Shown: in pieces, positions 18,110-27,102 of the stretch
Layout of the letters: every line of letters starts with the position of its first letter
How positions within the stretch are numbered: position 1 is the first letter of the stretch
Source: Desulfobacteraceae bacterium
GTDB lineage: Bacteria; Desulfobacterota; DSM-4660; Desulfatiglandales; Desulfatiglandaceae
Assembly (NCBI GenBank): GCA_016783065.1
Contig: JADHXI010000001.1
Span: 23,610 to 87,609 of the forward strand
Length of the DNA stretch: 64,000 bases
Direction: 5' to 3'
Translations under genes and position numbers: made by a program
Notes under the pieces: generated by a model
The model's input: the letters and a program-made list of their open reading frames with translations, nothing else
Databases searched by the model: none
Told to the model about the DNA's origin: nothing

Positions 18110-19084
18110 TCAATTGCTGGCATAGACTCCCCTCATGATATCTGAGGGATCCGGGTCGTGACACTCATTTTCGCAATAGCGGATGGACTCCTCGATTTCA
18201 TCCGCCACCTGCTTTTCCACGTCCAAACAGCCGTGCTCCGTGAGAATTCCTTCATCGATCAGTTCGTTCTTAAACCTTACAATGGGATCACTTTTCTCCC
18301 CTTCGAGTCTTTCCCCATCCGTCCGATAGATATCCGCATCGCTGATGGAATGGCCCGTCCACCTGTGGACCATACACTCTATGAGGGAGGGGCCTTCCCC
18401 ATTTCTGGTCCTTTCAATTGCCTTTTCGGTCACCTCATAAACGGCGCGTACATCATTTCCATCCACGGTGACACCCGGTATTCCATATGCCTGGGCGCGA
18501 TCCGACAGGGATTGAATTCGGGTGGATTTCTTGGCTGAGACAGACATTGCATAGCCATTGTTTACAAGCTGAAAGATAACAGGCAAGTTCATCACGGCTG
18601 CCATGTTGAGGCCTTCGTGGAAGTCACCTCTATTTGAGGCGCCATCTCCAAAAAAGCATTCCACCACAGCTCCATTTCCGTCCCTATCCAGGGCAAGTCC
18701 AACACCTGCAGCCAGGGGAATCGCAGACCCGATAATTCCGGGACCAGGAATAATGCCCTTTGAAAGATCTCCATACATATGAGACCCTGTGGGTGCTCTT
18801 CCCCCTTCAATGCCCTCCTTCTTTGCGTAATACCCCGCCATCAGATCTTTAAGGCCCATCCCTTTGATCAATTCGGGGAGTTTCCCCCGGTGAATGAGGG
18901 TGATACAATCCTTCTCCTGTAAACCGTAAGCGGCCCCCACATTGGCTGCTTCTTGTCCGATGCCGGGATGATGGTGCCCGCGCAGTCTGCTCTCTCTGAA
19001 AAGAACCGTTATCTTTTCCTCGAGCCTCCTGCCCAACACCATCCAGTAAAGCATTTTCTGTAAATCATTGTTCGAGAGTTCCAT
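18110..19084 (-). CDS. TPP-dependent dehydrogenase E1 alpha subunit (set 1, divergent subtype)
   Basis: TPP motif GDGASNRGDFHEGLNMAAVMNLPVIFQLVNN. It lacks the THRGHGH / CKGKGGSMH blocks shared by sets 2 and 3. Confidence 0.85.
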   Translation of the reverse strand: MELSNNDLQKMLYWMVLGRRLEEKITVLFRESRLRGHHHPGIGQEAANVGAAYGLQEKDCITLIHRGKLPELIKGMGLKDLMAGYYAKKEGIEGGRAPTGSHMYGDLSKGIIPGPGIIGSAIPLAAGVGLALDRDGNGAVVECFFGDGASNRGDFHEGLNMAAVMNLPVIFQLVNNGYAMSVSAKKSTRIQSLSDRAQAYGIPGVTVDGNDVRAVYEVTEKAIERTRNGEGPSLIECMVHRWTGHSISDADIYRTDGERLEGEKSDPIVRFKNELIDEGILTEHGCLDVEKQVADEIEESIRYCENECHDPDPSDIMRGVYASN

Positions 19085-19254
19085 CCCATTTCCTCCAGAA
19101 AACCATCATGTTCATTGTGCTACAGAAATCCCGCCCCATTGAACTCAGATGAGTGTCGCCATGTCCCTTTATAAATAATTCCAGGTCATGAAGGCAGGAC
19201 CATGAATTACATTTTACTCCATCTCATATGGTATATTAATACTTGAAAAGCCCC

Positions 19255-20505
19255 TCAACGCATGCTTACCATGAGCCTGTTTAGATCTTCCAGGTGAGCC
19301 TTCACTTCTCTCATAAATCGGGCACCAGGTCCTCCATTGACCACCCTGTGATCAAAGGAGCATACGATGATCATTTTCTTTCTAATTGCTATTGTCCCAT
19401 CAATCACAGAGGGTACCTCCCGTACAGCCCCTAACGACATAATCGTGGTCTGTGGCTGAAGAATAATGGGAGTGCCATACATGATACCATAAACACCCGC
19501 ATTTGTAATGGTGATAGTCCCTCCGGTTATGTCTTTCGGTTCAAGTTTGTCATTCCTTGCCTTTGATATTATTTTACGTACCTCTTCCCCTAATTGCAGT
19601 ATCGATTTATCCTTGACGTCCTTGACCACAGGAACAAGCAGTTTCTCACCCAGATCCACCGCAACGCCTATGTTCAGGGCATCTTGAACAACAAACCCGT
19701 CTTCATAGCAATATGCATTAACCTCAGGTATCAAGTCGATACCGACCTTTATCGCTTTCATTATAAACGGAAGGTATGTAAGCCGTGGTTGATCTTCCCG
19801 GGACTTGCTGGCCGCAATCATTTGGGATAAATCGGTCACATCGATCTCAACCGCATTATTATAATGGGGAACCTCCCTGACACTCATAGTCATTCTGTCT
19901 GCAATGACTTTTCGCCATCCAACAAACTTGACCTTTTCTCTCCCCTCTGTCTTCCGGGAATCTTTGGCTTTGACACCCGTACCGGGTGTATCCGGTTCAA
20001 CCCGAGATTTCTTCTCAATGAATTTAAGGACATCGGCCTTTACGATTCTTCCTTTTGGTCCGCTGCCTGAGGATATTTCAGCCAGATCTACGCCGTGAGC
20101 CCGCGCAATGGCCTTCGCCGTGGGCGAAACCCTCCTTTTCTTTGCAGGTCTGCCAGCAGAAGGGCCTTCCTCTGCCTTTCCCTCTTGACTCGTGGCAGTT
20201 ACATCAAACTCCCTGGCTTGTCCTGGCCCTTTGGCTCCTCTTATTTCCTCGGGAATAACTTCCCCGTCTTCTCCAATGACACCCAGAACGCCGCCAACGG
20301 GCGCGGTTTCCCCTTCCTGATAAAAAATCCCTCTTAAGACCCCGGAACCTTCGGCAGGGATCTCCACATTTATCTTGTCAGTTTCAACAGTTACGACGGC
20401 TTCACCCAGCTGAATCTCTTCTTCAAGGGACTTGAGCCATTTGGTCACAACGGCCTCCGTTATGTTAAACCCCGCTTCCGGCACCTTTATCTCATACATG
20501 ATCAT
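19255..20505 (-). CDS. dihydrolipoamide acyltransferase E2 (set 1)
   Basis: Lipoyl motif VETDKINVEI, one E3-binding domain (VSPTAKAIARAHGVDL...GPKGRI), catalytic SFDHRVVNGG. ATGA overlap with E1 beta. Confidence 0.9.
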   Translation of the reverse strand: MIMYEIKVPEAGFNITEAVVTKWLKSLEEEIQLGEAVVTVETDKINVEIPAEGSGVLRGIFYQEGETAPVGGVLGVIGEDGEVIPEEIRGAKGPGQAREFDVTATSQEGKAEEGPSAGRPAKKRRVSPTAKAIARAHGVDLAEISSGSGPKGRIVKADVLKFIEKKSRVEPDTPGTGVKAKDSRKTEGREKVKFVGWRKVIADRMTMSVREVPHYNNAVEIDVTDLSQMIAASKSREDQPRLTYLPFIMKAIKVGIDLIPEVNAYCYEDGFVVQDALNIGVAVDLGEKLLVPVVKDVKDKSILQLGEEVRKIISKARNDKLEPKDITGGTITITNAGVYGIMYGTPIILQPQTTIMSLGAVREVPSVIDGTIAIRKKMIIVCSFDHRVVNGGPGARFMREVKAHLEDLNRLMVSMR

Positions 20506-21503
20506 TCTCCTGCCGAAAACGTGAGGATTTCTCTGGCTGCCTTCACGATCTTGTCCGCATTGGGAAGGTAGAATTGCTCCATCTCAGGAGAGGAGGGAAT
20601 CGGGCAAAACAAGGCCCCCACGCGCTTGACAGGACCGTCTAGGAAATCTATCCCCTTGTCCGCCAACAAGGCAGCAATTTCTCCGCCAAATCCGCCGGTC
20701 GTCGGCGCTTCATGTACAATTACCGCTCCCCCTGTTTTCTCAACGGAGTTCAAAATGATCTCCTCATCCAGCGGCAAAATGGTCCTGGGGTCCACCACTT
20801 CGGCACTGATGCCCTCTTTCTCCAAGATCTTGGCTGCCTCAAGGGCTTGCTGGACCATTGCGCCCGTGGCGATGATGGAAATATCTTCTCCCTCCCGTTT
20901 CACGTCGCCCCGGCCGATGGGGGTCAGATATTCCTCTTCAGGGACCGGGCCCTTGAGCCTCTTATAAAGGAACTTATGTTCCATGAACAGCACCGGGTCA
21001 TTGTCCCTTATGGCCGACTTGAGCAGCCCCTTTGCATCCGCCGGTGTTGAAGGCATCACGACTTTCATACCCGGGATATGGGCAAACCATGCTTCCAGAC
21101 TCTGGGAATGGTGCAGTCCTGCTCCAACCCCCGCGCCATAGGCGGTCCGATAAACGATGGGGACATCAGCATGCCCTCCCAGAACCCACCTCATTTTGGA
21201 TGTGATGTTGACCATATGGTCAGCGGTTAGGGGAAGAAAATCGCCGAACATGATTTCTGCAATAGGTCGGTACCCCATCAGGGCAGCCCCACCAGCACAT
21301 CCCGCTATGGCAGACTCAGAAAGAGGGGTGTCAATCACCCGTTTCTCACCAAATTTTTCCAGAAGACCTCGGGTAGCGCCAAACACACCGCCCCCGCCAT
21401 AACCAATTGCAATGTCTTCACCCATGATGAAGACCTTCTCATCACGTTCCATTTCCTCGATCAGTGCCTCGTTAATGGCTTCAATGTATGTTATCTCTCT
21501 CAT
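20502..21503 (-). CDS. TPP-dependent dehydrogenase E1 beta subunit (set 1)
   Basis: ALIEEMERDEKVFIMGEDI, HSQSLEAWFAHIPGMKVVMPSTP, C-terminal transketolase domain. Confidence 0.9.
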   Translation of the reverse strand: MREITYIEAINEALIEEMERDEKVFIMGEDIAIGYGGGGVFGATRGLLEKFGEKRVIDTPLSESAIAGCAGGAALMGYRPIAEIMFGDFLPLTADHMVNITSKMRWVLGGHADVPIVYRTAYGAGVGAGLHHSQSLEAWFAHIPGMKVVMPSTPADAKGLLKSAIRDNDPVLFMEHKFLYKRLKGPVPEEEYLTPIGRGDVKREGEDISIIATGAMVQQALEAAKILEKEGISAEVVDPRTILPLDEEIILNSVEKTGGAVIVHEAPTTGGFGGEIAALLADKGIDFLDGPVKRVGALFCPIPSSPEMEQFYLPNADKIVKAAREILTFSAGE

Positions 21504-21555
21504 GAAAAATCCCTCCCTTTAGAAAAATCTCCCTGGCGGTCCTTGGTGTAATGAT

Positions 21556-22410
21556 TTAGTAGAGTTTGGGCACCGCGGCTTCAAAAATTTTCTTAGAATG
21601 CTCATCTGCCCGCCTCTTGTTTCTTACAGCCATCATGGTATAAAGCACATCAATGACAGAGAGGTGCTCGATCCTTGAGGCCAGAACATCGTTGCGGAAT
21701 CGGGTGTCCTTGGATCTCGCAATCAGTTTAATATCCACCATTTTTGCAAAGTATGAACGCGGATTGTTGGTCACCCCGATGGTTGTGGCTCCCAGGTTTT
21801 TCCCGATTTTGATTACATCGATGAGATCACGGGTGTCGCCTGAGCGGGAAAAACCCAGAAGAACGTCTTTAGGGGTCATCAATGAAGCCTTAATGGCTTG
21901 AAGATGGACATCGATCACATATTGTGCGTCTATGCCAAAAAAGGCAAGCTTTTCCGCGGCGAATATGGCTGTTGACCGTGAAATCGACAGAGCCATCGCG
22001 AGCACCTTTCGAGCATTTTTCAGGGCCGTGAATGCTTTTTCCAGCTCGTCATAATCCAATATCTTCAGCGTATCATCGAGACTTTCGATGGTGATGCTAA
22101 AGACCTTGCTCGCGATGGCCTTGGCATCGTCTGTTTTCTTGATCGGCTCGTAGGGTTTGGTGATATGGGTGACGCTCTGGCGGGCAAAGGCCAGCTTGAA
22201 ATCACGAAATCCGCCATAATCAAGGGTGCGGCATAATTTAAAGATCGTGGTCTCACTCACACCGCTTAGCGAGGCCACATCAGAAATGGTCATGTCCAGA
22301 ACACGTTCCCCGTTGGCCAGGATGAACTCCGCGGCCTTCCTTTCAGCCGTATTCAGGGAGCGACAAACGGATTCTAGCTTTATGAGACAATCGGGCCTTG
22401 CCATTGCCAT
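21556..22410 (-). CDS. RpiR/MurR-family transcriptional regulator (HTH_6 + SIS)
   Basis: N-terminal LNTAERKAAEFILAN...ISDVASLSGVSETTIFKLCRTLDYGGFRDFK followed by a SIS-like domain. Confidence 0.85.
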   Translation of the reverse strand: MAMARPDCLIKLESVCRSLNTAERKAAEFILANGERVLDMTISDVASLSGVSETTIFKLCRTLDYGGFRDFKLAFARQSVTHITKPYEPIKKTDDAKAIASKVFSITIESLDDTLKILDYDELEKAFTALKNARKVLAMALSISRSTAIFAAEKLAFFGIDAQYVIDVHLQAIKASLMTPKDVLLGFSRSGDTRDLIDVIKIGKNLGATTIGVTNNPRSYFAKMVDIKLIARSKDTRFRNDVLASRIEHLSVIDVLYTMMAVRNKRRADEHSKKIFEAAVPKLY

Positions 22411-22466
22411 CCTATTCCTGGGGTTTTTTTAAACTCGATTTCTATGATGAACATATGGCGAATCTA

Positions 22467-22616
22467 TTAGTGTCTGAACGAAAACTGTCTTTTTCGCCCA
22501 TATCTGCGTCAGACTCAAATTTTAATCCTCGAAATACTCAATGTATTCCTGCGGTTAAAATCTTCGTCTTCCTTGATCTGAACGAAAAATCCTAATTTTC
22601 GTTCGGACACTATTTA
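22467..22616. mobile_element. ~150-bp MITE-like element, copy B
   Basis: Ends TTAGTGTCTGAACGAAAAC and TTTTCGTTCGGACACTATTTA match copy A (18/19 and 21/21). The interior is unrelated. A subterminal hairpin TCTGAACGAAAAAT/AATTTTCGTTCGGA is present. Confidence 0.5.
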
Positions 22617-23092
22617 ACCGGCAAACATCATCCTGCCCCTCATGGAGGGCAGAATGACCGCATAGGGTGTTGGGAAATCCGGCTAACGGTATAACCCGTA
22701 TCCGTGCGCCGCGTTCCGGTGACAAGAGGCGTTCGAGGTCTGGGTCCCAGCAAGTTACGCCCCTTTATTGTGAAAAATTGATGGCGGCGAATTGAGAAAT
22801 CTGAGCTGGAGTCTTAGACAAATTATTCAGGGCGAATTTCTTGTTTCAGGGTTGAAGGTGTTCATCTACTTGAACTTTCTAACCGGATAGTAAAAATATT
22901 TTTTTTTGTCAAGGAAAAAAATAAAAAAACGTTGTACAATCCATCATAAGAAAATATGCTGTCATAAACGGCAGCCCGGCAGCCTCACTTTTCGAATGGC
23001 TCCTTGTGTGGGAGTTAAGACTTGGTTTTGCCCGTGCCAATAATTTAGCGACTCTGCGACCCCATTATGAAAGTGTCCATTCATTCACCTCT

Positions 23093-23110
23093 AACCCGGA
23101 TAAACCGGAA
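23093..23110 (+). repeat. 18-bp direct repeat, left copy (AACCCGGATAAACCGGAA)
   Basis: Repeated 17/18 at 23381-23398. The pair brackets a 270-bp segment containing a long hairpin. Confidence 0.5.
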
Positions 23111-23220
23111 GTGCTCAAAGTTGAAAGCTAAAAGCAAAAGAAGACGCATCAATGTGGATTTCGGGGTTGGTTCTAACATGGGCCACTTGGAGATCCCTTG
23201 ATTTTTCACTTCTCTTTTTC

Positions 23221-23289
23221 CTCTCACAGAGCCCACAGAGATCACAGGGTTTTTGTCTTGCTCGGTGTACTCGGTGAACTCTGTGAGAG
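23221..23289. repeat. CACAGAG-type long imperfect hairpin (REP-like)
   Basis: CTCTCACAGAG..CCCACAGAG..ATCACAGGG pairs with CGGTGTACTCGGTGAACTCTGTGAGAG. The outer 11 bp are perfect. It shares the GTGRACTCTGTGA motif with 28490-28505. Confidence 0.5.
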
Positions 23290-23380
23290 ATATCATTCGT
23301 TTTTCGGGCATGGTAAAATATTTTTTGTGCATCTTGTCCGCTTCTGGCGGATGTACACAAGATTGAATTGATAACTGTCA

Positions 23381-23398
23381 AACCCGGATAAACTGGAA
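23381..23398 (+). repeat. 18-bp direct repeat, right copy (AACCCGGATAAACTGGAA)
   Basis: See 23093-23110. It lies 58 bp upstream of the epimerase start. Confidence 0.5.
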
Positions 23399-23455
23399 TT
23401 GGGAATTCGGCACCATAGATAGTTCGCAGTTTGCCCAGGTTAAGGAGGATCCCCC

Positions 23456-24328
23456 ATGAAACGGAATGCTTCGATGCCGGTTGGTATCTATGAGAAGGCG
23501 TTGCCCTCTGGCCTGTCCTGGGAGGGCCGTTTAGAGATGGCCGCGAGAGCGGGATATGACTATGTTGAGATTTCCATAGATGAGAGTGAATCCCGTTTGG
23601 CCCGTCTGGACTGGTCGGCCGGACAACGTTCCCAATTGCGACGGGCCATTGCCAATACCAACATCCCGATCATGAGCATGTGTCTCAGCGCACATCGCAA
23701 ATATCCTCTGGGAAGCGCATCTCAGAAAACTCGTGAGCGAGGACTGGATATTCTTGTAAAAGCCATTGAATTTGCATCGGAAATTGGATTGAGAATCATT
23801 CAGGTCAATGGATATGACGCCTTTTATGAACCGAGCAATGAACAAACTCAAGCCAGATTTCTGGAAGGATTGCATCAAGGCATTCAATGGGCAAGTGCGA
23901 AAGGAGTCATGCTGGGTCTTGAGAATGTGGACACGCCCTTCGTTGAATCGGTAGAAAAGGCTTTGCATGTTGTCAATGAGCTTAACTCACCTTGGTTTCA
24001 CCTGTATCCGGATATGGGGAACCTCTTGGCGGCAGGGTATTCTCCCCCCAAGGAGCTACGATTGGCAAAGAACCATTTGATTTCGCTCCATGTCAAGGAT
24101 GCCAAACACGGGATCGTCCGGGGTGTGCCTTTTGAGAAAGGTGATGTTCCATTTCAGGAAACGTTTCAGGCGCTGGCCGAAATCGGATATGGGGGTCCCC
24201 TTACCGTGGAAATGTGGGCGGATCTTAGGGGGGACGCGGACCCGCTTTCTTCGGTGATGGATGCCCATAAATTCATCAAAAGCCTTGTTGATGTTCATTT
24301 GGATGCTCACGGCGATAGACCTTGCTGA
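23456..24328 (+). CDS. L-ribulose-5-phosphate / L-xylulose-5-phosphate 3-epimerase (UlaE/SgbU family)
   Basis: AGGAGG SD. PVGIYEKALPSGLSW...ISIDESESRLARLDWS...SMCLSAHRKYPLGS...WFHLYPDMGNL aligns with my recollection of E. coli UlaE. Confidence 0.85.
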   Translation: MKRNASMPVGIYEKALPSGLSWEGRLEMAARAGYDYVEISIDESESRLARLDWSAGQRSQLRRAIANTNIPIMSMCLSAHRKYPLGSASQKTRERGLDILVKAIEFASEIGLRIIQVNGYDAFYEPSNEQTQARFLEGLHQGIQWASAKGVMLGLENVDTPFVESVEKALHVVNELNSPWFHLYPDMGNLLAAGYSPPKELRLAKNHLISLHVKDAKHGIVRGVPFEKGDVPFQETFQALAEIGYGGPLTVEMWADLRGDADPLSSVMDAHKFIKSLVDVHLDAHGDRPC

Positions 24329-24381
24329 GCACGCCATGGCATCGCTTCTTTACTTTGAATATGACATAAAGGAGGGGAAAC

Positions 24382-25518
24382 ATGATGAAAATGGATGAAT
24401 TGACATCCAGAGAACGTATCAGGTTGGCCCTGAATCATCAAGAGACAGACCGCATTCCTGTGGATCTGGGGGGGTCTGATTGCACAACGATTACCGTGAA
24501 GGCCTATGACAATTTGAAAGAACATCTGGGCTTCAAAGGCGATACCAGGGTCTTCTCACGGCGTTTCCAGACGGTCCTCGTGGCTGAGGAACTGCAGCGT
24601 ATGCTCCATTGTGACGTTCGCGTCATTCCCTACAGGCCTTCTATCAGGGATCGGGCCAGATCCACCGCTGACATCACCTATACGGACGAATGGGGATTGG
24701 ATTACCAGAGTGACGGTCTTTATTTCAATATTATCAATTCCCCCCTGAAAAATGCGACTCTCGATGATCTGGAAGGTTATGACTGGCCAGACCCTTCTGA
24801 CCCCGAGCGGGTCAAAGGGGTGGCCGAAGAGGCCAGGTATTGGCATGATCACTCAACTTATGCCCTTTTGGGGCCAGGCATCGCATGCAGCTTGTTTGAG
24901 CAGTGCTGGTATCTGCGGGGTTTTGAGCAGTTCTTTCTTGATCTGGTGGTGGATAAGGCGTTCGCTCATGCCTTGCTCAGAAAGGTCCTTGATATTCGAA
25001 AGGTCATGTATGGCCGTTTTCTTGAAGAAGCAGGGAAATACCTCGATGTCATTTATGTGGCCGATGATATTGCCATGCAGTCAGGTCCAATGATGTCCAT
25101 TGAGATGTTCAGAGAAATGATCAAACCCTATTACAAGGAATATTTTACCTTTCTAAAAGAAAAAACCGAGGCGAAATTGTTATATCATTGCTGCGGGGGA
25201 GTTGAGCCTTTTCTTGAGGATCTCATTGAGGCAGGAATTGACATTATCAACCCCGTACAGACGACCGCAGGTGGCATGGACCCCGCCAATTTGAAAGAGA
25301 AATATGGCGACAGAATTGTATTTTGGGGCGGTATTGATACCCAGCGTATCCTCCCCAAAGGAACCCCCGGGGAGGTTCAAGAGGAAACCCAGAAGATGCT
25401 CCGTATTATGGGAAGCGGCGGGGGCTATGTCCTCGCCGCTGTTCATAATGTTCAGCCCGACACCCCGCCCGAGAACATCATGGCCATGCTGGATACGGCT
25501 TTTCAATATCGGAGGTAG
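24382..25518 (+). CDS. uroporphyrinogen decarboxylase (URO-D) family protein, function unclear
   Basis: AAGGAGGGG SD. RIPVDLGG, VADDIAMQSGPMMS and LYHCCGG blocks are typical of URO-D/MtaA-like TIM barrels. Confidence 0.75.
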   Translation: MMKMDELTSRERIRLALNHQETDRIPVDLGGSDCTTITVKAYDNLKEHLGFKGDTRVFSRRFQTVLVAEELQRMLHCDVRVIPYRPSIRDRARSTADITYTDEWGLDYQSDGLYFNIINSPLKNATLDDLEGYDWPDPSDPERVKGVAEEARYWHDHSTYALLGPGIACSLFEQCWYLRGFEQFFLDLVVDKAFAHALLRKVLDIRKVMYGRFLEEAGKYLDVIYVADDIAMQSGPMMSIEMFREMIKPYYKEYFTFLKEKTEAKLLYHCCGGVEPFLEDLIEAGIDIINPVQTTAGGMDPANLKEKYGDRIVFWGGIDTQRILPKGTPGEVQEETQKMLRIMGSGGGYVLAAVHNVQPDTPPENIMAMLDTAFQYRR

Positions 25519-25664
25519 GCGGCGTTCTTTGTCCCATCCGAAGAGGCGGCAACGAAATATGTCTTAGCGACGAAGATGCCCCCTGATCCGGTTTTCTTAC
25601 TTCATGACGATGCCTTGGGATTTTGTGTCTCTTTCTCTCCCCAAACGCTGTTGGGGTTGAGACC

Positions 25665-26699
25665 TCAAGGGGTCAGCAGGATCTTGATCGCCTCCGAACT
25701 CCTGAGAAGCGCGAACGCCTCTTTCCATTCCGTAAGCGGCAGGACTTTGGTAATGAGGGGATCAACATTGATCTTCTGGTTGGAGAGGATTGAGAGCGCC
25801 CTTGTCCAGCTCGTCCAGTTGGAACTGGCGCTGAAGTTCACATCCGCCGCCTTCGCCAGGGCTGCATCCCAAGGGAAGGGAACGGATTTTTGGCCTGTAA
25901 TCCCCAAGGCGCAGACCCTTCCATTGATTCGAACAAGGTCAAAGATCTGTTCGATGGCCGGGGCGGCGCCGCTTGCCTCAACCACCAGATCGGCACCCAG
26001 GCCGTGGGTCCACTGGTTTACCTTCTCTACGATGTCTTCCCTCTCAACGTTAAGCGCGTGGTCTATGCCCATCTTTCGAGCAGCCTGCAATCTGATTTTC
26101 TCATCCGCATCCGTGCCTGTAATGACCACGGTGCCTGCTCCTTCAGCCTTGGCTACCGCAGCTGCAAGCAGGCCAATGGGGCCGCAGCCCAAAACCACGA
26201 CGAAATCCTCCGGTTCGACCCTGCACTTCTCACCCAGCCCCTTCATGACGATAGCGATCGGTTCGGTGAGCGCCGCGTGTTCATTAGACACGTTGTCCGG
26301 TACGATATGGAGGGATGAGGCCGGGAGGGTGAGGTAAGGCACAAAGCAGCCATGAATTCTGTAGCCGATCGCCCTTTTTTTCGTGCATAATTCCACTTCG
26401 CCTCGCTGGCAATTTCGACAGGTGCCGCAACCGCCCTTGTGGGCTTCCGCAACGATTCGATCTCCTACTTTGAAGTCGGTCACATTTTTTCCTGTTTCAG
26501 CGATTTCCCCGAAGAACTCATGTCCAAGGATCACGGGTGGATTGCAGTTGAACCGGCCTTCTTCAATGTGCAGGTCGGTGCCGCATATTCCAGCCATCTT
26601 GATTTGAATAAGTACCTCGTTTGCTTCTACTTTCGGCTTTTCCACCTCAATGATATCAAGAAATCCCTCCCCGCTATGCGTCTTGGCCAATCCTTTCAT
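25665..26699 (-). CDS. Zn-dependent medium-chain alcohol/polyol dehydrogenase (butanediol/sorbitol-DH-like)
   Basis: CGTDLH, GHEFFGEI, structural-Zn CGTCRNCQRGEVELC and GCGPIGLL. Start moved to ATG 26699 (MKGLAKT) with a GGGAGG SD. Confidence 0.85.
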   Translation of the reverse strand: MKGLAKTHSGEGFLDIIEVEKPKVEANEVLIQIKMAGICGTDLHIEEGRFNCNPPVILGHEFFGEIAETGKNVTDFKVGDRIVAEAHKGGCGTCRNCQRGEVELCTKKRAIGYRIHGCFVPYLTLPASSLHIVPDNVSNEHAALTEPIAIVMKGLGEKCRVEPEDFVVVLGCGPIGLLAAAVAKAEGAGTVVITGTDADEKIRLQAARKMGIDHALNVEREDIVEKVNQWTHGLGADLVVEASGAAPAIEQIFDLVRINGRVCALGITGQKSVPFPWDAALAKAADVNFSASSNWTSWTRALSILSNQKINVDPLITKVLPLTEWKEAFALLRSSEAIKILLTP

Positions 26700-27102
26700 A
26701 TTATTACCTCCCAGTATTTTCGGATTTAAGCGTCTTAATTTTAATCCGTGTATCCCCAAAAGACAAGGCACCTTTGTAAGCCCCCAGTCTTTTTCAGGAA
26801 GATCAGGTTAGCTTTGTTTTCAATTCAGGCAATTCCTTGATCTTGGAATCTTTTGAATTCTCACAAATTTTCCAGTTATACGCGACAACAATGAATACCA
26901 TTTTGTGACCTCCTTGACTGTCACTCATCACAAGGATCTTCTTGAAGTTCCCCTCCGTCGGTTTGAAGCCTTTTCAGAACCCCGCTTGCAAGGTACCACC
27001 GCTTACCGAACATGCAAGGAAGTTTGGGGAGCAGTCGATAAGAACTCGCTTTTTCGGGGATGGAAAGGAGGTGAATACCACAGAATCATGGATATCTCCT
27101 GG

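Noticed and set aside
19085-19254. 170-bp gap between E2 and E1alpha of set 1 as a hidden small gene or riboswitch
   Set aside because: No ORF with an SD and no convincing conserved structure can be seen by eye. It is kept only as a possible internal promoter region under the set-1 finding.
23081-23381. 83-aa and 88-aa minus-strand ORFs (..HRVHRVHRA.., ..FTEYTEQ..)
   Set aside because: Their peptides are translations of the CACAGAG hairpin repeat. There is no SD and they overlap each other.
23409-23430. GGCACC..TTCGC as a sigma54 promoter upstream of the epimerase gene
   Set aside because: The GG-to-GC spacing is about 17 nt instead of 12, which does not fit the consensus.
25576-26337. 253-aa plus-strand ORF
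   Set aside because: It is fully antisense to the well-supported Zn-dehydrogenase gene (25665-26699). It has no SD, its composition is low-complexity and Ser/Ala/Leu-rich, and I recognise no family motif.
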